NCBI GenBank assembly: GCA_012842685.1
Contig: DUSI01000010.1
Location: forward strand, 23,988-87,987
Origin: Candidatus Fermentithermobacillaceae bacterium
Lineage (GTDB): Bacteria > Bacillota > Sulfobacillia > Fermentithermobacillales > Fermentithermobacillaceae
DNA: 64,000 nucleotides
Direction of reading: 5' to 3'
Part shown: positions 47,654 to 57,721 of the stretch, piece after piece
Layout: each line of letters begins with the position of its first letter
Position numbering within the stretch: the first letter of the stretch is position 1
Program-made: the position numbers and the translations under genes
Notes under the pieces: generated by a model
What the model saw: only the letters and a program-made list of their open reading frames with translations
What the model was told of the DNA's origin: nothing
The model's database searches: none

Positions 47654-48976
47654 TCAGCTTTCTTCCTTCCCGGCCAGCGAGGCTTCGAAGGCGGCCAGGC
47701 TCTCCCTCACCTTTGCAAGTTCCTCATGGGTCGCCTGCCTGCCGGAGTAGAAGCGGCTCGAGAAGATCGTGGTTATGCTTTCGATGTATGGCGCTGCGTC
47801 AGGCAATTTCTCTTCAAGGAAATGGGCGAACTCGATGGGAGTCTGGGACGGTGCCCGCACGTAACCCGCTGCGTAGGCCAGGGTTAAGAACCGTTCGTAC
47901 ATGGCGACCAGCGGGTCTTCGCTCCCTAGCCTGAGCCTCCGGGAGATCATGGACGCCAGGGGCCTTCCCAGCTCCTTCACCTTGTCCAGCGCCCACCGTG
48001 CTGCCTTTGAGGCAGTGAAGTCGCTGGAACGGACTTCGTCCGCGCCTTCGCCTCTGGCCCTTGAGGAGTACATCTCAAGGAGCTTCCAGATAGCCCAAAG
48101 AGCCAGGATTATGAGCATGAAAGCCAGCGCCCATCCCACTACCGGCCAGATCTCAGAGGGCGGCAGGTCTTCCTCCAGTTCGGGACGTTCAGGAGGGCCG
48201 ATCGGGTTCAGGGGGCTTTCGGTCTCTTGCCCCCTCTTTCCTATAGCGGCCAAGAGCGCGTCCATGAGCCAGCCCACGAGGATGCTCCAGGGTTTCACGA
48301 TGGCGAGGATTAGGGCCCGAAGCACCTCAAGGATGCCCCTAATCCCGTAGGATGCCACGGTAGAAGCTCCCGGGACGAGAACGAGGGCTAGCCATCCGGT
48401 GACGGAGAGGAGGATGGCCATCAGCGCCACCCGCCTCGCGGAGTAGCGGCCCGGAAGGTCCTCGTCGTTTCCCGTGAGGCAGAGCGCAATCCCCAAGCTC
48501 ATGAGGAGGGCCAGCGAGAGGAGGGAAGACGTGCCGGGGAAGGCCCGTATGCCTCCGGCTACCGAGGGTACGGCAGCCGCCACGAATGCCCACAAGACCT
48601 TCCTCTGCCACGCCGGCGGGCTTGTGTCTCTCTGCCAGATAAGGCACGCCACCGCGAGGGCGAGCACGAGAACCCCCCAGCCTTGCAGTGCTGGGGCGTA
48701 GAGGCCGAGGAAAGCGGGGAGGACGACCGAGCCAATGCACAGCCCTGTGAGAGCCACATAGGCCTTCCTCAAGGCGGGAGAAGCGGCGGAGCGGTCTGCC
48801 CATATTAGGAGCGGGAAGGGGAGGGCGAGGGATGCCGCGAGCAACACGCTCGGCCCATGGGTTCCCGCATACTGGCTTAGTCCCAGCCAATACGCCCAGA
48901 TGTAAGCCGGGACGCCCAGGAGCAGGGAAGAGCCGGCGACCTTAGACCAAGGGAGATAGCTCCAGGCTTTCCGCAC
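47654..48976 (-). CDS. DUF4129-domain multi-pass membrane protein (third gene of the MoxR/DUF58 triad)
   Basis: multiple TM helices then a cytoplasmic C-terminal domain; gene order MoxR-DUF58-this. Confidence 0.7.
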   Translation of the reverse strand: MRKAWSYLPWSKVAGSSLLLGVPAYIWAYWLGLSQYAGTHGPSVLLAASLALPFPLLIWADRSAASPALRKAYVALTGLCIGSVVLPAFLGLYAPALQGWGVLVLALAVACLIWQRDTSPPAWQRKVLWAFVAAAVPSVAGGIRAFPGTSSLLSLALLMSLGIALCLTGNDEDLPGRYSARRVALMAILLSVTGWLALVLVPGASTVASYGIRGILEVLRALILAIVKPWSILVGWLMDALLAAIGKRGQETESPLNPIGPPERPELEEDLPPSEIWPVVGWALAFMLIILALWAIWKLLEMYSSRARGEGADEVRSSDFTASKAARWALDKVKELGRPLASMISRRLRLGSEDPLVAMYERFLTLAYAAGYVRAPSQTPIEFAHFLEEKLPDAAPYIESITTIFSSRFYSGRQATHEELAKVRESLAAFEASLAGKEES

Positions 48977-50201
48977 GGGCCCACCCTCCTTTCAGTTTCC
49001 CACTCATGGCAGACACGCCGGGCATACCGCGCAGGACTTCGACGACCTCTTCGTCGCGCCTGGGGATCCGGTCGTCTGGTTCGACGATGATTACCCCAAC
49101 CCGGGGAGCGGCCTTCTTGAGGCTCTCCACGAGGGAAAGAGTTTCCTGGTCCATGAGGGCCGAGATGACCAGTGGGAACGAGCCTTCGGCCGTCACGAAA
49201 TGCCTCTGGGCGGCCATGAAGGTTGTCCCGAAGGCAAAGTGGCCGAGGCCTGCGAGCTGCGCAAGTATGTATGCCAGGTGCGAATCTCCTTGCCCCGGGG
49301 GACATTGAGCGAGGTGAGCTCCGCCGGGACCCTGGGTCATACCGTTGGATATGAGGCCTACCGCAAACTTCCTGGCGGCAAAATGGTGGGCACAGGATGC
49401 CGCTGCAACGACCAGGCTCTCCAGGACGTCCCGGTCGATCCCTTCCCAGGGAGCCCTGGACGTGGCTATGTCTAGGCAGATCACGACCCTGTTCCCGAAC
49501 GCGGCGTCAAACACCCTGGTTTGGAGTTTTCCGCTCCTGGCGGTGGATTTCCAGTCAACGTGTCGGCGGGAGTCGCCCGGCGCGTACTCGCGAACCATCT
49601 TGAGCATGCTCGGGTCCTGGTATGTCCACGAAGGGGCGGGAGACGTCCCGAAAGGATAGAAGGTCCCCTGAGGAGGGGCCTCCACGGGCAAGACTCTTGG
49701 TAACACGGTCACCCGGTCTTTAGAGTCCTCTGTGCGGTAGACGGGGTAGAGACCGAAGGGGTCTCCGGACCTCAGGGTCACAGGACCCAGGCTGTATATC
49801 CCCCGTTCCGAGCAGGAGAGGTTAAGCTTCCTCGTCACCGTCTCGAATGGCCCCACGAAAAACCGGTTCCGGAGGTTACCCTGGCCGGCATGCCAGTCTC
49901 TGGAGAGACCCGGACCTTGTGCCTCGAGCCCTTTGGGGAGAGTGTCGTCGCAGGTAAGAGCCACTGGAAGGGGCTTTGCGTTTTCCACGCTAAGCGTGAG
50001 CTCCAGCGCATCGCCGGCCATGACGGTACTTGAGGAAAACCTGCGTCTATACGAGACTTCACCGAGAGCGAGGGAAGATAGGGCCTTCGCAAGCAAGACC
50101 AAGCCCATGAGGAACGCTCCGAGCACCGTGACGGGCGGCCGTTTCAAGATAGCCCCCGCCACCAGCAGGGCCAGGGCGAGGTTCCGGAAGCTATTGCCCA
50201 T
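48942..50201 (-). CDS. DUF58-family protein (vWA-like)
   Basis: REYAPGDSRRHVDWKSTARSGKL hallmark; overlaps the MoxR stop. Confidence 0.8.
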   Translation of the reverse strand: MGNSFRNLALALLVAGAILKRPPVTVLGAFLMGLVLLAKALSSLALGEVSYRRRFSSSTVMAGDALELTLSVENAKPLPVALTCDDTLPKGLEAQGPGLSRDWHAGQGNLRNRFFVGPFETVTRKLNLSCSERGIYSLGPVTLRSGDPFGLYPVYRTEDSKDRVTVLPRVLPVEAPPQGTFYPFGTSPAPSWTYQDPSMLKMVREYAPGDSRRHVDWKSTARSGKLQTRVFDAAFGNRVVICLDIATSRAPWEGIDRDVLESLVVAAASCAHHFAARKFAVGLISNGMTQGPGGAHLAQCPPGQGDSHLAYILAQLAGLGHFAFGTTFMAAQRHFVTAEGSFPLVISALMDQETLSLVESLKKAAPRVGVIIVEPDDRIPRRDEEVVEVLRGMPGVSAMSGKLKGGWARAESLELSPLV

Positions 50202-51174
50202 CTTGTGAGCCCACCGACGGTCTGACGGGGACGGGCGTCTCTTCGAGCACCTGGGCTATGATCTCCCTCCTGGTTTTTCCCCGCAAAGATGCCTCGGATT
50301 TGGGGATCACCCTGTGGGCGAGGCAAGATACGGCCACGCTCTTAATGTCGTCCGGAAGGAGGTAGTCGCGTCCATCCAGGGCCGCTGCGGCCTTGGCGAG
50401 CCTCGTGAGATGCAGCGCTCCCCTGGGGCTAATCCCCAACACGAGGGCGGGATGGTTCCTCGTGGCCTCCGCGATGGACATGAGATATTCTCCCACTTCC
50501 CGGGACATTTTCACGAGCGTTGCCGCTTCCATCATTTCGTAGAGGTCCTCAGGGCTTATTGCCGGCTTCACTTCTGCTGCCGGGACGGGTGCCTCCGGCC
50601 CCGAGAACTTGTGGAGGATCTCCAGTTCCTGTTCCCTTGACGGATACCCCATGTTGATCTTGACCAGAAACCTGTCTACTTGGGCTTCAGGCAGCGGGAA
50701 AGTGCCTTCCATCTCGATGGGGTTCTGGGTGGCTATGACCATGAAAGGAGAGGGGAGAGGGCGCGTTTCGCCTTCGGTAGTAACCTGCCGCTCCTCCATG
50801 GCTTCAAGGAGGCTCGATTGAGTCCTGGGCGTCGCCCTGTTCAGCTCGTCGGCCAAGACTATGTTGGCGAAGACCGGACCCGGTACCCAGCGGAACTCGC
50901 CGTCTTTCTGGCTGAACACACTGAGCCCCGTCACGTCAGACGGGAGGAGATCCGGGGTGAACTGTATGCGTTTGAAAGTCAGTCCGGTAGATAGGGCAAA
51001 TGTCCTCGCCAGGAGAGTCTTTCCGACCCCAGGAACATCCTCAAGGAGGGCGTGGCCCTTTGCGGCGAGGCACCTGAGGAGCATCTTGGCCTGTTCCCTC
51101 TTTCCGACCACGACCTTCTCAATCTCGTCTAAGACCCGTTTCGCGTTCCCGGCGACTCTATCGAAATCCGCCAT
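50191..51174 (-). CDS. MoxR-family AAA+ ATPase
   Basis: Walker A GVPGVGKT; ~320 aa. Confidence 0.9.
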   Translation of the reverse strand: MADFDRVAGNAKRVLDEIEKVVVGKREQAKMLLRCLAAKGHALLEDVPGVGKTLLARTFALSTGLTFKRIQFTPDLLPSDVTGLSVFSQKDGEFRWVPGPVFANIVLADELNRATPRTQSSLLEAMEERQVTTEGETRPLPSPFMVIATQNPIEMEGTFPLPEAQVDRFLVKINMGYPSREQELEILHKFSGPEAPVPAAEVKPAISPEDLYEMMEAATLVKMSREVGEYLMSIAEATRNHPALVLGISPRGALHLTRLAKAAAALDGRDYLLPDDIKSVAVSCLAHRVIPKSEASLRGKTRREIIAQVLEETPVPVRPSVGSQDGQ

Positions 51175-51390
51175 CTTACCACCCTTTTCGGCTCGTCAAG
51201 TAAAAGGCTGTGCATTACATCGCCGCCTGAGCTCCGGCTTCCCGCCGGAATCTCGAGACGCATAGCAAGGGCTATACTTCTCCGGAACGCAGGAACAAAT
51301 CCTGCAGCGCGGCGTGCCGAGGCAGGGTGGTTCCCAGGGGCTGGCGGATCGTTGTGAGCGGGTTCTCGGCCACCGGGTCTGTTTCGGCGG

Positions 51391-52797
51391 CTAGTTTTCC
51401 CCCGCTACTTCGGGGCCTGCTTCCTCAAGGGAGCAGGGGAGGGGCCTCTCCTTGGCTATGAGGTCCTCTAAGGTTTCCCTCTCCACGACCACGAAGGACT
51501 TTCCGCCGGATACGTGTACCACAGCAGGGTTCGGAAGGTGGTTGTAGTTCGACCTCATGGAATACTGGTAGGCGCCCGAAACAAGCACCGCCACGACGTC
51601 GCCGGGGGAGAGCCTGGGCAGGTACGCGGACCTCACAAGGGTGTCTCCCTCTTCGCAGTGCTTTCCGACCAGGCGATAGCTGAGGAGCCCTCCTCCGTGA
51701 TAAGGTCCGGCGAACACCGCGTCGTATTCCGCCCCGTACAGCGCAGGGCGTGGGTTATCCGACATCCCGCCGTCCACTGCGGCTATAAGCGTACCGTTGG
51801 GGAGGGCCTTGACGGTGCCGACCGTGTAAAGGGTTACGGCGGCTTCGGCGACGATAGACCTTCCGGGTTCGAAAAACAGCCTTGGGACGGGCAGTCCGTT
51901 TCTGAGGCACGCCTCTTTCACCCTCTTGGCGACGGCCCTGAGGTGCCTCGCTATCGCGCCGTTCCTGCCGCCAACGTCCGGGTTTCCGCCGCGTCCTCCA
52001 TCACGTCCACAGATTCCAGGGCACCCGCTCTTGTAGCGGACCCCCAGCCCGCCGCCGAGGTCGAGCTCGGGTATGACGTAGCCCAGCTTGTCCCGCACCT
52101 CCGCGGCGAAATCGACCATGATGCCGGCTGCCAGCAGGAAGGGCGAGTCGTCGAAGATCTGAGAGCCTATGTGACAGTGGATCCCCATGAGCTCCAGGTT
52201 TTCTGACGCCAGGGTCATGCGCACGGCGTCCAGATGCTGTCCTGAGTGCATCGGGATACCGAACTTGGAGTCAATCACTCCCGTGGAGAGGTACTCGTGG
52301 GTGTGGGGGTCTATCCCCGGAGTGAGCCGGAGGAACACTTTCTGCACCACACCTTGAGATGCGGCTTCCTTCTGTACCCTCTCCAGCTCGGTCACGTTGT
52401 CGATGGCTATGCGGCCGACGCCCGCCGACACCGCCATGGCGATCTCTTCTTCGCTCTTGTTGTTCCCGTGGAAGACGATGCGTTCGGGTGGGAAGTTCGC
52501 CTTGAGCGCCAGGTAAAGCTCGCCGCCCGACGAGACGTCCAGCCATAGTCCTTCCTCGCGGACCAGCTGGGCCATCCTCATGGTGAGGTAGGCCTTACTT
52601 GCGTAGACGATGGTGCTCGTGGGGTAGATATCTGAAAGGGAAGAGGTGTACTCCCTCATGGATTCCCTGATGGCGTCTTCTGAGTAGACGTAGAGCGGGG
52701 TACCGTGTTTTTTCGCGAGGCTCACCGCCGGTAGTCCTCCGATGAGGAGTCCCCTGTCTGGATCGAACTCTATGTAAGGACGGATCCTCAACTCCAC
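51391..52797 (-). CDS. lysA: diaminopimelate decarboxylase (Orn/DAP/Arg decarboxylase fold III family) with a Gly/Arg-rich insertion
   Basis: GTPLYVYSE, CHIGSQ, EPGRSIV; insertion CPGICGRDGGRGGNPDVGGRNG; GTG start. Confidence 0.75.
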   Translation of the reverse strand: MELRIRPYIEFDPDRGLLIGGLPAVSLAKKHGTPLYVYSEDAIRESMREYTSSLSDIYPTSTIVYASKAYLTMRMAQLVREEGLWLDVSSGGELYLALKANFPPERIVFHGNNKSEEEIAMAVSAGVGRIAIDNVTELERVQKEAASQGVVQKVFLRLTPGIDPHTHEYLSTGVIDSKFGIPMHSGQHLDAVRMTLASENLELMGIHCHIGSQIFDDSPFLLAAGIMVDFAAEVRDKLGYVIPELDLGGGLGVRYKSGCPGICGRDGGRGGNPDVGGRNGAIARHLRAVAKRVKEACLRNGLPVPRLFFEPGRSIVAEAAVTLYTVGTVKALPNGTLIAAVDGGMSDNPRPALYGAEYDAVFAGPYHGGGLLSYRLVGKHCEEGDTLVRSAYLPRLSPGDVVAVLVSGAYQYSMRSNYNHLPNPAVVHVSGGKSFVVVERETLEDLIAKERPLPCSLEEAGPEVAGEN

Positions 52798-52864
52798 GTT
52801 CCCCCTTTGCAGAAAATGCCGCCAAACTCGTCTTTCGCAGTTTACGTAGAAAAAAGATGTGATG

Positions 52865-52893
52865 AATATAGCACCGGTGAATCAGAGGGTCAA
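52865..52893 (-). promoter_or_regulatory. sigma-A promoter TTGACC-N17-TATATT driving lysA
   Basis: hexamers read on the minus strand, ~65 nt upstream of the lysA GTG. Confidence 0.5.
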
Positions 52894-52960
52894 TCGGAAG
52901 TTGAGCTGCTAGTCTCCGCCGGCAAGACCTGTGCCCGCCTCTCATGCCGGCGCCCGGGGC

Positions 52961-54010
52961 CTATTCTCCGAGCTTTCCTCTCAGGGCGTAGACCACTATC
53001 GCAACGAGAAACACCGAGCCGGCCCAACCGACCGCAGGGTAGACGGTCCTCACCAGGTTGGTGAATCCCACTGAGCCGGCGAGGAGAGCCCCGCTTCCGG
53101 CGACGACCGTGACGAGCTTAAACCCCAGGGTATCCGGGGCGGCCAGCCTGGCCGAGAAACCGTAGAGGTTGGCTACCGCCGTGGTGTAGACTTCGGCGAG
53201 GAAAATGAGTGTGTAGATGCGGCCTCCTATGCGGTATACCTCTGAAGCCATTCCCGCCATCGGGATCTCGTAGCGGAGGACGTCCGGCAGGGAAGAGACA
53301 ACCGCCAGGAAGACGAGGAACAGCGCCGCTCCCAACCCGACCGCGCCCAGAGCCGCGCTGAGGGCCACTTCTCTTTTCGAGCGCAAAGTCGTCCCCAAAG
53401 ACGCGAGGACCGGTACCGACATGATCATGTTGTAGGAGATATAAGTGGCGCCCGCCAGGGGCCACGCAGGCACGAGGGGTCTTGTTCCGGCCGGCGGATC
53501 GCTTAGCGTCGCTCCCCTGGCAGAGATCACCGAAAGGCTCACGGCCAGCACACCGATTATGAGAAGGGGCACGACTGTGCTCACCGCAGCCACGACGCCC
53601 TTCAGGCCGAACAGGACGGTGACGACCGTGGCCACCACCATGAGGCCAGCTCCTATGAGCCAGGGGACGGATAACTCCTGGGCGAGGACCGAGCCGGCCC
53701 CCGCGACCATGGCCGATAGGGCCCCGAACAGGAAGAACGTGGTGATGATGTCCAGGAGGGGAGATAGGAACCTTCCCGAGATATCCCTGATCACGGGCAG
53801 GTGAGACGCGGCGTTCATCTTCCGGCCCACCTCCATCGTCGCGTACCCGAAGAAGGCGAAACCGGCCGCCGTTAGCGCGATGGCCAAGACACCCTTCTTG
53901 CCGAGAAGACCGAAAAACTGGAGGACTTCCTGTCCCGAAGCAAAGCCTGCCCCGACAACGGTGCCGATATAAGTGGCCGCAGACGCGAGTATTACCCTGG
54001 TCCTTTTCAT
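52961..54010 (-). CDS. YkvI-family membrane protein (amino-acid-permease-like)
   Basis: N-terminal IGTVVGAGFASGQEVLQFF hallmark; ~10 TM segments. Confidence 0.65.
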   Translation of the reverse strand: MKRTRVILASAATYIGTVVGAGFASGQEVLQFFGLLGKKGVLAIALTAAGFAFFGYATMEVGRKMNAASHLPVIRDISGRFLSPLLDIITTFFLFGALSAMVAGAGSVLAQELSVPWLIGAGLMVVATVVTVLFGLKGVVAAVSTVVPLLIIGVLAVSLSVISARGATLSDPPAGTRPLVPAWPLAGATYISYNMIMSVPVLASLGTTLRSKREVALSAALGAVGLGAALFLVFLAVVSSLPDVLRYEIPMAGMASEVYRIGGRIYTLIFLAEVYTTAVANLYGFSARLAAPDTLGFKLVTVVAGSGALLAGSVGFTNLVRTVYPAVGWAGSVFLVAIVVYALRGKLGE

Positions 54011-54052
54011 TCGCCTTCCTCCATGGGGAGCCAGTAAGAAGTAAGAAGCTCC

Positions 54053-54775
54053 CTACATGGATATTTCGCAGATCACGAAGGCAGAAATGCGCGCGGGGAA
54101 AAGTCTGAGGGAGTCAGTCTGGGGGACGACGTTCCCGCGAAGTATTTCCCTGACCAGGTCTCTGTCTGTATATATGGGGACTTTGAAAGACGTGTAGGCC
54201 CGGCCCACGTCCTCGGGCATGTGGGCATCGCTGCCGCCTATGCCGGGGAGCCTCACCGAAGCCGCGTACTTGCCCAGCGCTTCACAGACGCCGGGGTACT
54301 TGGAATGCTTTCCGTTGCAGACCTCGATGGCCTTGAGACCCGAGAGGCTCGTTATACGATCGTCAACCAAGACTGCGGGTTCGGTATCGAACGGGTCTTT
54401 CTTCCGCACCACGTAGGGGTGGGCAGGCACGGCCACTCCGCCCAATCTCGCCGCCCTCTCGATCACTTCTTGGGCGGAATTCAGACGGCCCGCGCCCCAG
54501 TCTTTCCAGTCCTCGTCCCTCACGCCGTAGACGAGCATGTGTCCGGCGTCGGTGGAAAGCTCGACCCCTCGGAAGATCTGGAGCCTGCCTGCGGTTTTCT
54601 TGAGGTCCTCAAAGGGCAAGCTGAGAGAGAGGCGCTCGTGCTCGGTGATCACGATGGCGTCGAGGCCCTTTTCCTTGGCAGCCTCGATGATGTCCCGGGG
54701 CTCGGCAGGGGTTTCTCCCGAGTACATCGAGTGCACGTGCATATCGATTCTGAAAACCTGCCTCTTGGCCATCAT
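54053..54775 (-). CDS. PHP-domain metal-dependent phosphoesterase
   Basis: IDMHVHSMYS N-terminal His cluster; ITEHE. Confidence 0.8.
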   Translation of the reverse strand: MMAKRQVFRIDMHVHSMYSGETPAEPRDIIEAAKEKGLDAIVITEHERLSLSLPFEDLKKTAGRLQIFRGVELSTDAGHMLVYGVRDEDWKDWGAGRLNSAQEVIERAARLGGVAVPAHPYVVRKKDPFDTEPAVLVDDRITSLSGLKAIEVCNGKHSKYPGVCEALGKYAASVRLPGIGGSDAHMPEDVGRAYTSFKVPIYTDRDLVREILRGNVVPQTDSLRLFPARISAFVICEISM

Positions 54776-54825
54776 TCACCTCCGTCCCAGCGGAGTTTCG
54801 CCTCTTTGCCTTGGAGAAGCGTCCC

Positions 54826-55698
54826 TCAGATACCCGGAAGCGGCATGTGCAATTCGCGTCGCTCGACGTTTTCTCTAAGGAAGGCTCCTCTTATTATATC
54901 AATATCTTCCGGCAGGTTCTCCAGGCCTTTGGCGATATATTCAGCAAAATATGCAGGTATGGGCACTTGGCTCAGGCGCACCGCGTATCTTATTTCGCTC
55001 TTCTTTATGGCCTGGAAAGCCTGGACCGCGCGTTTCAGGATCTGGCTCCGCCGCCTCGTGTAGTCCATGAAATATGAGACTATTGTCGATACCCTTCCGA
55101 GCCTCCGGGCTTCTTCCAGCTTCATGATGAACCTGTAGACGTTCTGGCATCTGGGATCCAGGCTTACTCCGAAGTCAAACCAGACCGGTATGCCTTGGAC
55201 CATGGCCATGTTGTCTTCGCCGTCGTCCCAGTTCCTCACGAGGATGTCGAAAACGGTCTGGAACCCTCTCGCTATCTCCGGGTCGTCGTGGGGGAGTTTA
55301 TCCGGCGTGTAGTCGTGGGCAGAGCGGGAGAAGTAGAACGTGGGCCCGACCAGCTTTCTGAGCTGCTCCTCTTCTCCGGGCTCAAGGTCCATGTCGGATG
55401 CCAGCCTCACCGCCACCATGTTGCAGCGCCCGAGCCCCAGGATGCTCACGAGCTTCTCCACGGGACCGTTTGAGAAAAACGTCTCGGGTATTCCCTTCCA
55501 CCGTTTGGAAGGGATGGCTTCCCTGAAAACCTGGACCGACGGGGCGAAGTTCTCTTTGACGAAGTAGGTCGCGCCCTTGACCACGTATTTGACGATCCCG
55601 TGTTCCGCGATGATGGTGCCCATGATCTCTTTTTTCCAGCTCTTTGGACGGTTTTCCTCCAAGGTATAATTGGAGCATGAGATGCTGGTATTGTCCAC
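54826..55698 (-). CDS. hypothetical protein (290 aa), no recognisable motif
   Basis: ORF co-oriented with and upstream of the PHP gene. Confidence 0.5.
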   Translation of the reverse strand: MDNTSISCSNYTLEENRPKSWKKEIMGTIIAEHGIVKYVVKGATYFVKENFAPSVQVFREAIPSKRWKGIPETFFSNGPVEKLVSILGLGRCNMVAVRLASDMDLEPGEEEQLRKLVGPTFYFSRSAHDYTPDKLPHDDPEIARGFQTVFDILVRNWDDGEDNMAMVQGIPVWFDFGVSLDPRCQNVYRFIMKLEEARRLGRVSTIVSYFMDYTRRRSQILKRAVQAFQAIKKSEIRYAVRLSQVPIPAYFAEYIAKGLENLPEDIDIIRGAFLRENVERRELHMPLPGI

Positions 55699-55896
55699 GA
55701 TACCGCCTCGATTTCCCCGAACTTAGCCGGAGACTCAAGAAGAGCGAATACGACCGTATGAGGCAGTCTGCGGGCATGGGAGACGTGTGAATAGCTGTTC
55801 GTTTTGATCGTCGCAGCACAATTGGCTTCGTTTTGTGCTATCATTCTAGAGGAGTTTTTCTCCGTTTGGAGCGGTGTGTTGGGAGGATGAGTTGTC

Positions 55897-56994
55897 ATGA
55901 AGAACATGGCTAGGCTGGGCATCACCCTGATGCTTATATGCGCCGCAGCCGGTCTTGGATTGGCGGTCGTATACGCCAAGACGAAACCCGTTATCGATCA
56001 GCGCGCTCAGGAAGAGCTCCTTGCGGCGGTGCGCGCCGCCATGCCCGACGCCGAAGAAATCGTCGAAGAGACCAAAGACGGCGAGACGTACTGGCTCGGC
56101 AAGAAGGCGGGCGAGATCGTAGGCGGAGCGATAAAGGTGTCTTCCGCCGGTTTCCGCGAGCCCATCGAGCTGATGGTGGGCTTTAACGCCGAAGGGAAAG
56201 TCTCAAGCGTAGCGATTATCTCGCTCAACGATACTCCGGGGATCGGTACCAGGGTCAACGACAAAGCGTGGCTCGATAAGTTCATCGGGGTAGAAAACCC
56301 CATGGCGGTTGACGCCATCACTGGGGCGACCGTGTCGTCCAGCGCCGTCAAGGGCGCCGTGAAGAAAGCCATGGATTTCATGGCAGCCATCGTGGCTCCG
56401 TCCGTGACCGACGGTCCCATCGACATCGCTCGCGTGCCGGACGGTACCTACACCGGAAAAGGCCTCGGCCTCAGGGAACTTGAGGTTTCCGTCACGGTTC
56501 AGGGCGGAAAGATCGTAGAGGTCAAAGTCACCCGCCACGAGGAATCTCCGGGAATCGCCGATCCGGCCATAACCGGCGTCCCCAAGAAAATGGTTGAACA
56601 GAACAAGGTCGACGTCGACGTAGTGAGCGGCGCCACCTTCACCAGCGAGGGTATCATCGAGGCCGTGAAGAACGCACTAAGGCCTCACGTCCAGACTTCC
56701 GGGAAGCCCGCGCTGGATATAAGCAAGATAGCCGACGGCACTTACACGGCGACCGGCCTTGGGCTTAAGGAACTGGAAGTTGCCGTAACCGTCCAGGACG
56801 GCAAGATCACCGAGGTCAAGGTCGTGCGTCACGACGAGACGCCCGGCATCTCCGACCCGGCGATCAGCAAGGTCCCCAAGGCCATAGTGGAGAAACAGAG
56901 CGTCAAGGTAGACGTTGTATCGGGCGCGACCTTTACCAGCGAAGGCATCATGGAGGCGGTGGAGAAGGCCCTTGCCGGAGCGCCGACCAAGTAG
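55897..56994 (+). CDS. extracytoplasmic protein with three FMN-binding (flavinylation) domains; PplA/RnfG/NqrC-like
   Basis: N-terminal signal/anchor; flavinylation motifs DAITGATVSS, VVSGATFTSEG (x2). Confidence 0.85.
   Translation: MKNMARLGITLMLICAAAGLGLAVVYAKTKPVIDQRAQEELLAAVRAAMPDAEEIVEETKDGETYWLGKKAGEIVGGAIKVSSAGFREPIELMVGFNAEGKVSSVAIISLNDTPGIGTRVNDKAWLDKFIGVENPMAVDAITGATVSSSAVKGAVKKAMDFMAAIVAPSVTDGPIDIARVPDGTYTGKGLGLRELEVSVTVQGGKIVEVKVTRHEESPGIADPAITGVPKKMVEQNKVDVDVVSGATFTSEGIIEAVKNALRPHVQTSGKPALDISKIADGTYTATGLGLKELEVAVTVQDGKITEVKVVRHDETPGISDPAISKVPKAIVEKQSVKVDVVSGATFTSEGIMEAVEKALAGAPTK
56413..56994 (+). repeat. in-frame tandem duplication (~294-nt units, 2 copies) encoding two FMN-binding domains
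   Basis: units ~70% identical at protein level (DGTYTGKGLGLRELEVSVTVQGGKIVEVKV... vs DGTYTATGLGLKELEVAVTVQDGKITEVKV...). Confidence 0.7.
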
Positions 56995-57721
56995 GATAAG
57001 GGTTCTCCTCTGCGACGACCACGCGGTCGTACGCGAGGGTACAAGGCGTCTCTTGGAAGAAGAGCCTGACATTGAAGTGGTGGGGGAAGCTTCCGACGGC
57101 CTCGAAGCCATAGAGAAGGCCAGGGAGCTTTCCCCTGATGTTGTTGCCATGGATATATCCATGCCCCGCATGAACGGCATAGAAGCCACCCGGCGGATAA
57201 AGAGCATGAACCCTTCGATCCAGGTGCTTGCCCTCACCGCATACGACGACTTCGCCTATGTGGCGGGGCTACTGGAAAGCGGCGCCTCGGGCTACATCCT
57301 GAAAAGCGCCCGGGGAGACCAGCTGGTTACGGCGATAAGGGCGACAGCCAGCGGAGATTCGGTGCTCGACCAGAACGTGGCGAGGGAAGTATTCTCCCGG
57401 CTTGCGAGAAGAGGGGCCGAAGAGGCGGCCCCGGCGGAGCCTGCCGGTGAGAGCGAGCGGGCGAAGCCGGCTCCTGGCAGAAAGGCGGATTGGGAAGCAC
57501 TGACCGCCAAGGAGACGGAGGTTTTGAAGCTTGCCGCCAAAGGCCTCTCCAACAAACAGATAGCCTCCGATATGGGTGTGAGCCCGAGAACCGTTCAAAC
57601 CCACCTGGCTTCGATCTTCTCAAAACTCGGCGTATCTTCCAGGACGGAAGCGGTTGTAATGGCGCTCAAGTCGGGGATCCTCTCGGAAGGCGACCTTGGA
57701 GGCCCGTCAGGTGGGTCGTAG
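56972..57721 (+). CDS. NarL/LuxR-family response regulator
   Basis: REC domain (VLLCDDHAVVREG...MDISMP) plus LuxR HTH (LTAKETEVLKLAAKGLSNKQIASDMGVSPRTVQTH); TTG start proposed after GGAGAAGG. Confidence 0.8.
   Translation: MPERRPSRIRVLLCDDHAVVREGTRRLLEEEPDIEVVGEASDGLEAIEKARELSPDVVAMDISMPRMNGIEATRRIKSMNPSIQVLALTAYDDFAYVAGLLESGASGYILKSARGDQLVTAIRATASGDSVLDQNVAREVFSRLARRGAEEAAPAEPAGESERAKPAPGRKADWEALTAKETEVLKLAAKGLSNKQIASDMGVSPRTVQTHLASIFSKLGVSSRTEAVVMALKSGILSEGDLGGPSGGS

Noticed and set aside
52798-52960. Lysine riboswitch (L-box) upstream of lysA
   Set aside because: The leader between the mapped promoter and the start codon is only ~65 nt, far shorter than an L-box (~180 nt).
56915-57721. 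ATG at 56915 as the response regulator start
   Set aside because: It would add a 29-aa Arg/Pro-rich extension overlapping 80 nt of the upstream gene. The in-frame TTG at 56972 has a GGAGAAGG RBS and gives a normal REC N-terminus.
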